A stretch of DNA of 63,799 nucleotides, counting the filler, from Nemertoderma westbladi (taxonomy: Eukaryota; Animalia; Xenacoelomorpha): assembly GCA_032718475.1 (NCBI GenBank). It is 3 parts of 3 records of this genome, joined end to end, with 100 filler letters (N's around TTAATTAATTAA, not from the genome) between each part and the next. Parts side by side here need not be neighbours in the genome. Positions count along the whole stretch, not along the records: positions 1 to 30,100 come from JAUCBJ010007230.1; 2 more parts are not named here. One strand, written 5' to 3'. Of the stretch, positions 1 to 13,184 are shown piece by piece. Every line of letters begins with the position of its first letter. The first letter of the stretch is position 1. Under the pieces are notes generated by a model. The model saw only the letters and a list, made by a program, of their open reading frames with translations. It did not search any database and was not told the DNA's origin. The position numbers were made by a program, and so were the translations under genes.

Positions 1-3000
1 ATGCACCACATAAGTCTGTAAGTGCTAACGCGGGATTTCCTTGGTAAAGTGACACCATACCAGTGATTTCTGAAAGTACCAATGTGCTAACTCAGTAACA
101 GACTTTAGCAACATTTAGCAACACCAATTCTGCACCACCCGCAAGAGGGCTCAAGTGTTCTAAAGTGCTAACTTACTAAAAACACCAATAACAATAGTAA
201 TATTAGCAAAGTTAGGAGTTTGAAGTGATGGTATCTGTATATCTTGGAAGATAATGATTAGGTGTTTTTGTGTTGAATATTTCAAGACACCACGCATCAT
301 AAAATGCTAACTCATTATTCGTTCTTTGGGATGTGAAAGGAAATTGAATATATTATAATATTAATTATGTAATCATTGGGGAGTGGGGGGGTGTACACAC
401 CAAATTTTATACTACCAAGTTTTTGCTAATTTCATTTGTGAAAATGTTCTCAAACATATAAAATATGTTAAATTAAAATATTTTATAACGTTCTATATTT
501 TTCATTTTCAAAATAAAATAGAGAATCCTAAAAAAATGTTCTCCTTTTTAAACAATAGAACATACATTTCTGCATTTCCAATCGCTGATTTATCAGGCTA
601 CCAAAGGGGATCAGAACCTTAATGCGCATATAAGACAATGAATGCTCGTATTTATGGATGTATGTTACCACTATATGATTTCTGCTGACTGGAATTATTT
701 ATTTCTGAAACACATTGTCATCTATATTGTGATCTAAGGCTGATTAAAAAGCAATAAACACAATAAACGCAATAAATAGAATGCTGTGCCGGCTTGACGA
801 CAAAATTGAGCCACCACAACTCCCTATCACCCATGACATTTGCTAGATCATCCGAATCTTCTTCAAGGCCAGTGTCCTTTAAGACGCGTCTCTAGAAAGT
901 CATGGGCTGTCCACCATGCTTATTCACTGCATGATGCTACCAAAGAACAAGATTATGCACTGACTGGTCCACACGGCGAAAGCAATGTCCTGCAAAGCGG
1001 AGGCGGGTTTGTTCTAGTGTCAAGCCTGGGGGAACCAATGAGACACCTCCAATGTTATATTGTGTCTGGTTGGAGATGTGTGGATTGTACTTGACACAGT
1101 GAACCCGGCGTAGCATTCTTGTGAATGTGCCATCCAGAGATTTGGTATCCTCTGCAGTTAGAGCCCAGCATGGACTCCCATAGAGGAGTACTGGAACTAC
1201 TGCTGCTCTAAATAATCGTACCTTAAGATTCCGATTAATTCTATGTGACTTCCAAATCCTGGAAAGCCTATTCAAGGCTGCCCATGCCTTTCCCTTGCGT
1301 ATTCGAAGGTCTCGCCTGACCTCCGGATCCATGAACCCTGGTGACAGAAGTCGTACACATGCTCAAGCATACCATCCTTTGAGCTTATGCTCATCCGGTC
1401 AGAGACTTGCTGAGGACTTTCAAAGTTAACTGTCAAAATTTTGGTCATTTTTGGAGTTAATAAAAAGACCAACACTAGAAGCAGCATGTTATAATGAGCT
1501 GAGGAGCCGTTGGTGATTCTGAGAGTACTCCTAAGTCATCAGCAAAGTCTAGATCAGTTAGGTACTTGGCAGGATTTCCTCGTCTTCTGGAGCCAGTAGG
1601 TGGAGTTATCATCACCCCCATCATCATTATGATGATCTAGTGACATGCTTATAGTCAACCATAATTATGAACAAGAATGGCGCAAGTGTGTCTCCCTGGA
1701 GGACGCCCCATAACACTTAAATTGGTTCTGTGTCACCGTCAGCAGTAGACACAAATGTTGTCGAACCATCGTATACTGATCTGATTGCTGCAATAATTTC
1801 ATCAGGAATCCCATATAATGAAAGTATGCTGAACATACGTGAGCGAGAGACTGAATAAAAGGCCTTGAATAAGTCAACAAACATAACAGCCAGATGCCTG
1901 TCTTTCTTTTTTGATCAATCTCTTCAATTATCCTTCTAAGTATCAAAATGGGCTCCATGGTCTCACGACCTTTAAGGAACCCATTCTGATTTCCAAGGAG
2001 CAGTCTCTCAATGGGATCCAGAGGGATCAATGGGATCTAGATAAGCTTTAAACACTCAGGTATTTTAAAGACCTCAGGGGGAACACCATCTACTCCACTA
2101 CTGGCACGATTGGTCTTAATGCTCTTTGCAGCAGCCTTCACTTCTGCAAAGGAGATATCGCCAATGGGAATATCTGGGAGTACAGACTCAGAACACTTTT
2201 ACTTCTTTAAAGTTATCAGGCGATACCCTGTCATTGAATTAAATACACTGCATTCCGGGACATGGCTTATTGGTTTTATGTATGTATTTAGAGAGGTTTA
2301 AAGTTTTGACCTCGAAAAGACCAAGAATAGCAGCGGTGTGCAATAATGGGTAAGAAATTGGTGACACATTTTCAAAATACTTGTAGCAATTTACGTTATA
2401 GCAGTATATGTAAAAATTAAAATTTGAGATTGCACGAAATTTGACATACAGAATGACCTCTCTATTTTCTGGAAAAGGAAACTTATTGCAAGGATTAAGG
2501 ATTTAGAATAATATATAATTATGAGAATAAATTAATTAATGGTTGTTGATTATGTGCCATATTATTGAATGCTTTTAAGAAATTGAATTAGTTGCAAAGA
2601 CATAGACGTTTAATATATGAATTGAATAGGCCTAATGTTAGCACTTTATGCTTTCTGTTGGCCGGTATTATTCATTTCAGAAACTCATAATCTCCTCTTG
2701 TGATCTCGGCTTGATTAATAATCAATTTATTTCAATTTTAGTTATAAAACGCTAACATCTGGTCTGGCTTGCTATGCAATAATTATACAACAAAATTAGC
2801 CTTAAAGAGCTAACATTTAGAATATGTCTTATGGAGAAACTCTATAGTGCTAACAGTTAGCACTTTACCTTTTTCAATAATTCTGAATCTGGTCGCTAGG
2901 GGGCAGTTGTTAAAATTTGTTGCTATTTGACGTTTTTAATTTGTGCTTGCAAAGGGGTCAAACTGCTAACACTTCGAAATGAGCCAATCGGAACCTGGAA

Positions 3001-3121
3001 TTGTAGTCAACTTGTCTCAACAAATTTTTTTCAGGGAGTGTTAGCACTTTAGGTTAGCACTTTAAAACAGTTAGCACTTTACCATTGCAGGACTGCTGTT
3101 TGTTAGCACTTTAGTACTTCT
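1..3121. mobile_element. Probable non-autonomous DNA transposon with subterminal AAGTGCTAAC / GTTAGCACTT motifs, interrupted by an RTE fragment; left end probably outside the window
   Basis: (A)AGTGCTAAC-like motifs near 20, 83, 162 and 303. The reverse complement GTTAGCACTTT is clustered near 2637, 2856, 3040, 3053, 3070 and 3102. True termini and TSD not identified. Confidence 0.4.
779..2232 (-). mobile_element. RTE-like non-LTR retrotransposon, 5'-truncated and decayed RT fragment (copy 1)
   Basis: Frameshifted pieces such as 'QNGFLKGR', 'LRIRKGKAWAALNRLSRIWKS', 'VVPVLLYGS' and 'RLRFAGHCFRR'. Colinear with the copies at 6459 and 12146. Confidence 0.9.
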
Positions 3122-3837
3122 TTTCAATTTCACAAGAACTTCCGGCGATAATATCAAAATTCAGTACATTATGAGACGCAAATGGATATAGGACTACTGT
3201 ACAGTAATTACAGTATAATGTTTATTAATTACTGAATTCTAGAATATTAAGTGCGCGAAATGAAATAAATAATAAAATCATATTTTTCCTCGACCTTCGG
3301 CCACGAAAAAATATGTTTTACTAACAATTCCTTGAAAATGTGGATTAAAAAGTCGGACATAAAAAATGTCACTTTAAAAAAAATATATATGACACCTACT
3401 GTATATTTACAGTAGTAGGCCGAGTTATAATATTATTTAATTTGATTTCTTAATTTAATATTCATTGATTGAATTAATTAATTGTTATTGATATAACGTG
3501 CGAAAAATGTTTAATGTTACTTTTCATCCTATAAGTTTCAGGTGAAGTAGTAATGCATCCAAGAGGGTCCATATATGACCAAATGACGGGATTTATAGAC
3601 ACAGTAGACCAAATAGAGCAGTATCTCCCATTGAGAACGTTACACCACCCCCCACCTATTGGAGCTGCGTAGGTGGGGGGTTTCCTCAAGTAAATGGTTG
3701 GATTGAGGTAGGACTTTTAAATAATTAATAGATGGCCGGCCATACTGTAGTAAAATTAAGACGTTATGAACAATAAACTTTTACAGTAGGAGGGCCTGCA
3801 GTTTAGTACTGTAGGGGGCAACAGGCCTACTGTAAAA

Positions 3838-3897
3838 CAATTTGTATGACATGACATGACAATTTGTATGACATGACATGACAATTTGTATGACATG
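3838..3897 (+). repeat. 22-bp tandem repeat ACAATTTGTATGACATGACATG, about 3 copies (also at 9728-9787)
   Basis: Read directly from the sequence. Confidence 0.85.
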
Positions 3898-4110
3898 TTA
3901 CAGTTAGTAGTTCTTTTTCATACGTAGCATGAGTTCTTCATCTTCTGACAAACTGCGTCATACACTCTGGCTTACTGTAGCAAACGATATTGTTGTATTT
4001 TACTCAAAAGAAATATGTAAGCGCGGTAAGCAATTTCAAACAAAAACAAAAGGATCGTTATTATTCGTTTATCTATTAAAAAAAAAAATTTAATGACTAT
4101 TTATTTGCAG

Positions 4111-4497
4111 GCAAATGAAAGCGGTGTTTCCCATTGGCAAAGTCGTCTTTCTACGAATGGAATGCCGGTAACAGAACAATCAAGAAACTCATTAAGTTCT
4201 GAGTCTGAAATAAGAGACACAGAATCCAATACACATATATCGTACCACCATACCATATCGCCACCACCACCCCCTTATGGGAGTTTTGTACCTAACCAAA
4301 TAGGGGTCGAGTCAGGGAATACTGACAACCATCAAGTGCAAGATGGGCAACAAGAGGTGGAAGGTGCACCACGCGAGGTCCAAAGCATTGTCACTACCTT
4401 ATCAGTTCCTGTTCCACCGGAATTGTTACCAAAATACTCATCTCGTCCGTCTACTGCGGATAATCACGCAGAGGAGACGTTTAATCAGAGACGCTAA
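4111..4497 (+). CDS. Putative 3'-terminal exon of a PY-motif (PPxY/LPxY) protein, copy A
   Basis: Acceptor ttatttgcag ends at 4110. The frame is open to TAA and contains SPPPPPY and LLPKY in a disordered, cytoplasmic-tail-like sequence. Upstream exons not identified. Confidence 0.45.
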   Translation, partial: ANESGVSHWQSRLSTNGMPVTEQSRNSLSSESEIRDTESNTHISYHHTISPPPPPYGSFVPNQIGVESGNTDNHQVQDGQQEVEGAPREVQSIVTTLSVPVPPELLPKYSSRPSTADNHAEETFNQRR

Positions 4498-4689
4498 TTT
4501 TATCCAACTCCTATACAGTTCCAAACACATTGTGCTACAGTAGTGTTGTTGTTGGTTGGCATTTAAACTTTTGATTAACATAACATATATTTTTTTGTTT
4601 ACAAAAGTTACATTTTTTCAACTTCTATTTGTTTACATAATGCCAGGATGACGTTTTATATTTACCCCCTATAAATTTAACGCCACTAA

Positions 4690-5425
4690 TTGAACACCCC
4701 AAATTAGATGATTTAACACCAAAATAAATTATTTTCCACCAAATATATTTTTTTGTAGCACCAATTCACATCCCCCAATATTGAATATCCCTCTCACCAA
4801 AAACAATTATTCATCCCTCAAAAACAATTATTCACCCCCCAAAAACAATTATTTGTCCCCCAAAAACAATTATCGATTCCCCAAAAACAATTATTCATCC
4901 CCCAAAAACAATTATTATTCCCCCAAAAAACAATTATTCCCCCAAAAAACAATTATTCATCCCCCAAAAACAATTATTCATCCCCCAAAAACAATTATTG
5001 ATTCCCCAAAAACAATTATTCATCCCCCAAAAATAATTACTTGTCAAGCAAAAAAATTATTCCAGCACCAAATATTTTATATTAAATCCCGGTATTCTTC
5101 ACATGGGCACATGCTTCAGTCTTCAGTTTCAGTATTCGTACCTACGTACTGTATAGTCCTATTGCCTATCTATTATTGCCTATGGCCTATTACTTTACTT
5201 TTTCTGTTATTAGGTTTCAGTATTACGGCAGTACAGTAGTTTTAGTATTTATTTTGGGGGATTATGTATTTATTTTGGGCAAAAATGTATTTGTTTTGGG
5301 GGAAAATGTATTTATTTTGGGCAAAAATGTATTTGTTTTGGGGGAAAATGTATTTTTTTTAGCCTAAAATGTATTTGTTTTGGGGGAGAATGTATTTATT
5401 TTGGGGGAAAATGTATTTTTTTTAG
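4690..5425. repeat. 21-bp minisatellite (CAAAAACAATTATTCATCCCC) with a loosely inverted TTTTGGGGGAAAATGTATT array; MITE-like
   Basis: Tandem units at about 4795-5040 and opposite-sense units at about 5245-5425. The central GGTATTCTTCACATGGG (5091-5107) matches the MITE end at 34004-34020. Confidence 0.7.
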
Positions 5426-6458
5426 AGCTTTGCTAAACATAATCAAACAAGCCAAAAGGAAGACTCCTGAAGATTCCTTTGCTGAAGAGGTTGAATTTGC
5501 TTTTTTTTATTTTTCAATGATGTAGGCGAGGGTTTCCTGCTTATGTGCCAGTCTTACTTGAAAGCCCGTAGTTTTTAGGCCTATTACTGTACTACAGTAC
5601 TGGCAGACATGCGGAAGCCCAACAGTCCGTTTTCTCCCTTTAATTGTTTTGTTAAATAGACATCAGTATATACTAGGTACAGTAGTACTGTACACTATAC
5701 TATATACTGTAGTAGTATACAGTATACTGTAGGACAAAGAGGTTCCCACGAGAAATGAAAACAAATACTGTAAGTTTGTCCTTGCCCAAAAAGGGTAACC
5801 TAACAACCTGTGGACCTTTTCGTGGAATCTCGTTGATCCTCGATTGCTGCAAAGCTACAGAATTATATTTCGTTAACATATGATTTTAAAGTTTACTCGA
5901 CTCGCTGTTATTATTGGTGACGTCTGTTAACGTGGTGGCTTCCAGCAAACTGTTAACTTTGACTGACTTTAATGTGCCTTACTCTTACTAGTTAAAATAT
6001 CGGCCCACGATCACGTGTAGCCATTTTTTTTGCCATTAATTCTTTTTGGAATTTAAAAATGTGCCTTCTACAGTACGAAATCGCATCTTCATTGGTTCAG
6101 AAACTGCCGACCGGCTTTCAATGATGGCAAGAATTCTCGCTCTTCCGAATTGATTTATCGCTGGAGGCCATTTATTTTTATTATATTTGACATAATAAAC
6201 GAGAGTTAATAATTTTTTTGTCAGAAAATTTTATAATTCTATAATGTTACATAATATATTGCCATATTTACGGGACTACAATACTAACAGTTAATAGTGA
6301 AATAAAGTAAATAATGTTTATTTATATTTATTTTCACTACTACTGTACTACTATAAACGGCTTGCAGCATTGAAACTGTACTTGCTATTACAGCTTAATA
6401 AAAACATTTTGTCACCACCATGTACTCCACAATGGCATGTCCAATGCAGTGTGCATAA

Positions 6459-8305
6459 AGAATGCTATGCCGGTTTATAAACAAAGTTGCACTGCCACAA
6501 CTCCCTATCATCCCCCATGACTTTCGCGAGATTAGCTGCATCTTCAAGGCCAGCTTCCTTTAGGAGGCGTCTCACGAAAGTCATGGGATGTTCAACATGC
6601 ATAATTTCTCCACGGGGCTGCCAAAGCACAAGATTGTGCACAGGCTGGTCCTCATGGGAAAATAATGTTCTGCAAAGCGGAGGCGGCTTTGTTCTAGTGT
6701 CAAGCTTGGGGGAACCAATGAGACACCTCCAATGTTATACCGCTATAGTGTCTGGTAGGAGATGTATGCGTGCATTGTACTTGATACATTGAACCCAACG
6801 TAGCATTCTTGTGAATGTGCCATTCAGAGATTTGGTGTCATCAGCAGTTAGAGCCCATGGACTCCCATAGAGGAGAACTTGAACTACAGCTGCTCTAAAT
6901 AATCGGACCTTAAGTTTCCGATGGATTCTGTGTGACTACCAAATCCTGGAAAGCCCATTCAATGCTGCCCATGCCTTTTCCTTACGTATTCGAAGGTCCT
7001 CACCTGACTTCCGGATCCATGATCCCAGGTAACAGAAATCGTCCACATGCTCAAGCATACCATCATTTGAGCATATGCTCATCCGATCAGAGATTTGCTG
7101 AGGATCTTCAAAGTTAACTGTTAAAATTTTGGTCTATTTGGAGTTCACAAAAATAACAACACTAGAAGCAGCCTGCCTGTTCTAATGAGACGGAAGAACC
7201 GTTGGGCTCCCTCTAGTGATTCTGAGAGTACTCCTAAGTCATCAGCAAAGTCAAGATCAGTTAGGTACTTGGCAGGATTTCCTCGACTTCTGGGGCCAGT
7301 AGGAGGAGTTACCATCACCCCATCATCATTATGATGATCTAAAGACATGCGTAGAACATCAACCGTAATTAACGTAATCAACGTCAACCATAATTACGAA
7401 TAAGAATAGTGCAAGTGTATCTCCCTGGAGGACTCCCAATGTAACCGTCAACAGTAGACACAAATGTCGTCGAACCATCGCATACAGTACTGATCTGATT
7501 GCTGCAATAATTTCATCAGGAATCCCATATAATGAAAGTATGCTGCACATGTTAGCGAGAGACTGAATCAAAGGCCTTGAAGAAGTCAACAAAGATTATA
7601 ACCAGATGTCTGTCTTTCTCACTCTTCAATTATCTTTCTAATTGGCAAAATGGGCTGTATGGACCCACCACCTTTACGGAACCCATTCTGAATTCCACAG
7701 AGCAGTCTCTCAATGGGATCACTGATGCGATTTAATAGAATTCTACTGTATAGCTTTGCAGCAATCGAGATCAATGAGATTCTCCTAAAAGAACCAGAGA
7801 GTGTTAGGTTGCCCTTCTGGGGAACTGGCACCAACTTATTGGTTCTCATTTCTTGTGGGATTCTTTTCGTTCTGTACAAGTCTACTATGATGGGATAGAT
7901 GAGCTTTAAACACTCAGGTATTTTAAAGACCTCAGGGGGAACACCATCTACTCCACTGGACCACTGGCACGATTGGTCTTAATGCTCTTTGCAGCAGCCT
8001 TCACTTCAGCAAAGGAGATATCGCCAATGGGAATATCTGGGAGTACAGACTCAGACACTTTTACTTCTATAAAGTTATCAGGCAATACCCTGTCAATATT
8101 GAGTAGCTTTTCAAAGTGGGCCTTCCAACCATTATTGAGGCGATCGGCTGGTGATTCAGTCTTAACCTTGGTTGTTGGTTGGCTTTTCCGCCCAGTCAGC
8201 AAGTTGATCGATTTCCATGCCTGGGATGATTGCCTGCTGTCGTCAGCATCATTGATGGCATCAACCTGTTGGTTTATAAGTTCCTGTATTTTCCTATATT
8301 TTCAG
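6459..8305 (-). mobile_element. RTE-like non-LTR retrotransposon, decayed RT fragment (copy 2, the longest)
   Basis: 'WKAHFEKLLN', 'KTNRASG', 'LVPVPQKGNL..FRRISLISIAAKLY', 'QNGFRKG', 'LQGDTLA' and 'LDFADD' spread over broken frames. Confidence 0.92.
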
Positions 8306-9011
8306 TAAACGGGACATATTCAGCCGTACAATTCACTCTGTTTATATTTACTGGACTACAGTGGGCTACCTACTGTACCAACCGTAAATAGTAAAATAAA
8401 GTAAAATAATGGTTATTTATATTTATTTTCAGTCCCTCATTCACATTATTAACCATCACTCTGGGTGCGTTGTTTCTGATCCTTTCTCCTGTTATCATTT
8501 ATTTTATCGTCAAATGTTGTTTAAAAGTTCATAACTGGTGGATTAAAACACAATCGCCTTCTCATAACCCACGACGAACAAGTAGTATTGGTAAGTAGGC
8601 CTACAGTACATTACACAGTAGTGTGTTTTAGTGAAGTGCGGTTATTATACAGTAGTAAATTTAATAATTAATTAAATCGTTAACATATTTAATTACACCA
8701 TCACCCTTAATATAAAAACCTTTTTTAGCAGGTCGGAGTCACCCCCCAGCCCCCCCCCCCCCCCAAACACCAAGCCCTGATTTGTTTCCATAATTTATAT
8801 TTCCGAATTGATAAGCCTACTGTGTAGTTCTACAGTACCTGCTGCTGTCTGGCCGGATATTATAATTTTTGAATTACTTAGCTCCAACAAAGCCGTTAAA
8901 TATGTCCATTTCCCATTTTTGTTTTTTCGTATTTGAAATGTAGGCCTAAGCCTACTGTAATCTGGATATCATTAGCACCGCCTTCATCTACGATTCCGAA
9001 TCTAAAAACCG

Positions 9012-11315
9012 TTTCAATTTCACAAGAACTTCCGGCGATAATATCAAAATTCAGTACATTATGAGACGCAAATGGATATAGGACTACTGTACAGTAATTA
9101 CAGTATAATGTTTATTAATTACTGAATTCTAGAATATTAAGTGCGCGAAATGAAATAAATAATAAAATCATATTTTTCCTCGACCTTCGGCCACGAAAAA
9201 ATATGTTTTACTAACAATTCCTTGAAAATGTGGATTAAAAAGTCGGACATAAAAAATGTCACTTTAAAAAAAATATATATGACACCTACTGTATATTTAC
9301 AGTAGTAGGCCGAGTTATAATATTATTTAATTTGATTTCTTAATTTAATATTCATTGATTGAATTAATTAATTGTTATTGATATAACGTGCGAAAAATGT
9401 TTAATGTTACTTTTCATCCTATAAGTTTCAGGTGAAGTAGTAATGCATCCAAGAGGGTCCATATATGACCAAATGACGGGATTTATAGACACAGTAGACC
9501 AAATAGAGCAGTATCTCCCATTGAGAACGTTACACCACCCCCCACCTATTGGAGCTGCGTAGGTGGGGGGTTTCCTCAAGTAAATGGTTGGATTGAGGTA
9601 GGACTTTTAAATAATTAATAGATGGCCGGCCATACTGTAGTAAAATTAAGACGTTATGAACAATAAACTTTTACAGTAGGAGGGCCTGCAGTTTAGTACT
9701 GTAGGGGGCAACAGGCCTACTGTAAAACAATTTGTATGACATGACATGACAATTTGTATGACATGACATGACAATTTGTATGACATGTTACAGTTAGTAG
9801 TTCTTTTTCATACGTAGCATGAGTTCTTCATCTTCTGACAAACTGCGTCATACACTCTGGCTTACTGTAGCAAACGATATTGTTGTATTTTACTCAAAAG
9901 AAATATGTAAGCGCGGTAAGCAATTTCAAACAAAAACAAAAGGATCGTTATTATTCGTTTATCTATTAAAAAAAAAAATTTAATGACTATTTATTTGCAG
10001 GCAAATGAAAGCGGTGTTTCCCATTGGCAAAGTCGTCTTTCTACGAATGGAATGCCGGTAACAGAACAATCAAGAAACTCATTAAGTTCTGAGTCTGAAA
10101 TAAGAGACACAGAATCCAATACACATATATCGTACCACCATACCATATCGCCACCACCACCCCCTTATGGGAGTTTTGTACCTAACCAAATAGGGGTCGA
10201 GTCAGGGAATACTGACAACCATCAAGTGCAAGATGGGCAACAAGAGGTGGAAGGTGCACCACGCGAGGTCCAAAGCATTGTCACTACCTTATCAGTTCCT
10301 GTTCCACCGGAATTGTTACCAAAATACTCATCTCGTCCGTCTACTGCGGATAATCACGCAGAGGAGACGTTTAATCAGAGACGCTAATTTTATCCAACTC
10401 CTATACAGTTCCAAACACATTGTGCTACAGTAGTGTTGTTGTTGGTTGGCATTTAAACTTTTGATTAACATAACATATATTTTTTTGTTTACAAAAGTTA
10501 CATTTTTTCAACTTCTATTTGTTTACATAATGCCAGGATGACGTTTTATATTTACCCCCTATAAATTTAACGCCACTAATTGAACACCCCAAATTAGATG
10601 ATTTAACACCAAAATAAATTATTTTCCACCAAATATATTTTTTTGTAGCACCAATTCACATCCCCCAATATTGAATATCCCTCTCACCAAAAACAATTAT
10701 TCATCCCTCAAAAACAATTATTCACCCCCCAAAAACAATTATTTGTCCCCCAAAAACAATTATCGATTCCCCAAAAACAATTATTCATCCCCCAAAAACA
10801 ATTATTATTCCCCCAAAAAACAATTATTCCCCCAAAAAACAATTATTCATCCCCCAAAAACAATTATTCATCCCCCAAAAACAATTATTGATTCCCCAAA
10901 AACAATTATTCATCCCCCAAAAATAATTACTTGTCAAGCAAAAAAATTATTCCAGCACCAAATATTTTATATTAAATCCCGGTATTCTTCACATGGGCAC
11001 ATGCTTCAGTCTTCAGTTTCAGTATTCGTACCTACGTACTGTATAGTCCTATTGCCTATCTATTATTGCCTATGGCCTATTACTTTACTTTTTCTGTTAT
11101 TAGGTTTCAGTATTACGGCAGTACAGTAGTTTTAGTATTTATTTTGGGGGATTATGTATTTATTTTGGGCAAAAATGTATTTGTTTTGGGGGAAAATGTA
11201 TTTATTTTGGGCAAAAATGTATTTGTTTTGGGGGAAAATGTATTTTTTTTAGCCTAAAATGTATTTGTTTTGGGGGAGAATGTATTTATTTTGGGGGAAA
11301 ATGTATTTTTTTTAG
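9012..11315 (+). repeat. 2.3-kb direct duplication, copy B (the 21-bp array continues to about 11660)
   Basis: Appears identical to 3122-5425. Confidence 0.95.
10001..10387 (+). CDS. Putative 3'-terminal exon of a PY-motif protein, copy B
   Basis: Identical to 4111-4497. Confidence 0.45.
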   Translation, partial: ANESGVSHWQSRLSTNGMPVTEQSRNSLSSESEIRDTESNTHISYHHTISPPPPPYGSFVPNQIGVESGNTDNHQVQDGQQEVEGAPREVQSIVTTLSVPVPPELLPKYSSRPSTADNHAEETFNQRR

Positions 11316-11850
11316 CCTAAAATGTATTTGTTTTGGGGGAGAATGTATTTATTTTGGGGGAAAATGTATTTAATTTGGGCTGAAATGTATTTGTTTTGGG
11401 GGAAAATGTATTTGTTTTGGGAAAATTTGTAATTATTTTGTCATTTATTTTGGTGCTAATAATTGGTTTTGGGGAGCATTTAATTATTTTTGTATAAAAT
11501 AATTGGTTTTGGTGTTGAATAATTATTTTTGGTTTTGAAAAATTTATTTTGGTGTTTGAATAATTTTATTTGGGGTGACTTTATTTTATTTGGTGTTGAA
11601 TAATTTTTTTTGGGTTCACATTATTTAATTTGGTATAAACTAATTTTTTTGGAGAAATTTTCATCAATTTTGGGATGACTTTAATTCGTAGCCTATATTG
11701 AATAACAAATAGAATGATGTTAATGTTGATACTGTTGAGTTGAACGTGATAAAGCCTTATGGGCAATATTTCGAGAACTATTCACTCAATTACTATTTTG
11801 AAGGTATCTACACCCATTAAGTCGATCATTGCGGTTCGAATGAGCCTAAC

Positions 11851-11913
11851 CATGGAATACTAAATATAGAGTTATATTTATATTATTTATATATCTATAT
11901 TTAGTATTCCATG
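11851..11913. mobile_element. 63-bp P-element-like MITE
   Basis: Perfect 20-bp TIR CATGGAATACTAAATATAGA / TCTATATTTAGTATTCCATG, flanked by a 7-bp direct repeat GCCTAAC (11844-11850 and 11914-11920). Confidence 0.75.
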
Positions 11914-12145
11914 GCCTAACACGAGCAGATGAAGTTGGTCAACACGAAAATTGAGTTTATGAGGCTGTCGTGCTCTGCAGTGTCGCTTTGCTGCGAAATG
12001 TTTAAGGTACTTGTGTTGTTACCTCAAAATGTCATGAATTTTCCAAAAGTGTATCATGATAGGCCTACTTGTTTAGCAAAAAGGAACAATATATTGTGTA
12101 CTACTACTACTACTAGGATCGTCATGCTGCATTGCAGCTGCATTT

Positions 12146-13184
12146 TTAAGAATGCTGTGCCGGCTTGTCAACAAAATTGCACCGCCACAACTCCCTATCA
12201 CCCATGACATTTGCTAGATCATCCGCATCTTCAAGGCCAGTGTCCTTTAAGATGCGTCTCAAGAAAGTCATGGGCTGTCCACCATGCTTATTCACTCCAT
12301 GAGGCTGCCAAAGTACAAGATTATGCACTGGCTGGTCCTCACGGCGAAAGCAATGTCCTGCAAAGCGGAGGCGATTTTGTTCTAGTGTCAAGCATGGGGG
12401 AACCAATGAGACACCTCCAATGTTATATAGTGTCTGGTTGGAGATGTGTGCATTGTACTTGACACAATGAACCCGGCGTAGCATTCTTGTGAATGTGCCA
12501 TCCAGCGATTTGGTGTCCTTAGCAGTTAGAGCCCAGCATGGACTCCCGTAGAGGAGTACTGGAACTACTGCTGCTCTAAATAATCGGACTCTAAGTTTCC
12601 GATTAATTCTTGGTGACTTCCAAATCCTGGAAAGCCTATTCAAGGCTGCCCGTGCCTTTCCCTTACGTATTCGAAGGTCCTCACCTGACTTCCGGATCCA
12701 TGATCCCAGGTAACAGAAGTCGTCCACATGCTCAAGCATACCATCCTTTGAGCTTATGCTCATCCGATCAGAGACTTGCTGAGGACTTTCAAAGTTAACT
12801 GTCAAAATTTTGGTCTTTCTGGAGTTAATTAAAAGACCAACACTAGAAGCAGCATGTTCTAATGAGCTGAGGAGCCGTTGGGCTCCCTCTAATGATTCTG
12901 AGAGTACTCCTAAGTCATCAGCAAAGTCTAGATCAGTTAGGTACTTGGCAGGATTTCCTCGACTTCTGGAGCCAGTAGGAGGAGTTATCATCACTCCATC
13001 ATCATTATGATGATCTAAGGACATGCGTAGAACATAGTAAACAACAATTATGAACAAGAATGGTGCAAGTGTGTCTCCCTGGAGGACGCCCCATAACACT
13101 TCAAATGGTTCTGTGTTACCATCAACAGTAGACACAAATGTTGTCGAACCATCGTATACTGATCTGATTGCTGCTATAATTTCA
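12146..13184 (-). mobile_element. RTE-like non-LTR retrotransposon, 5'-truncated, frame intact (copy 3)
   Basis: 329-aa open frame with the RT motifs GVLQGDTLAPFLF, LDFADD and FCYLGS, and C-terminal RLRFAGHCFRR. Confidence 0.93.

Larger units (their letters stand above)
3122..5425 (+). repeat. 2.3-kb direct duplication, copy A
   Basis: Appears identical to 9012-11315 (offset 5890). The ORF track gives identical peptides in both copies. Confidence 0.95.

Noticed and set aside
4781-5367. PKNNY/KTIIHPP and ILGKNVF repeat ORFs (and their copies at 10671-11257)
   Set aside because: Translations of a 21-bp minisatellite.
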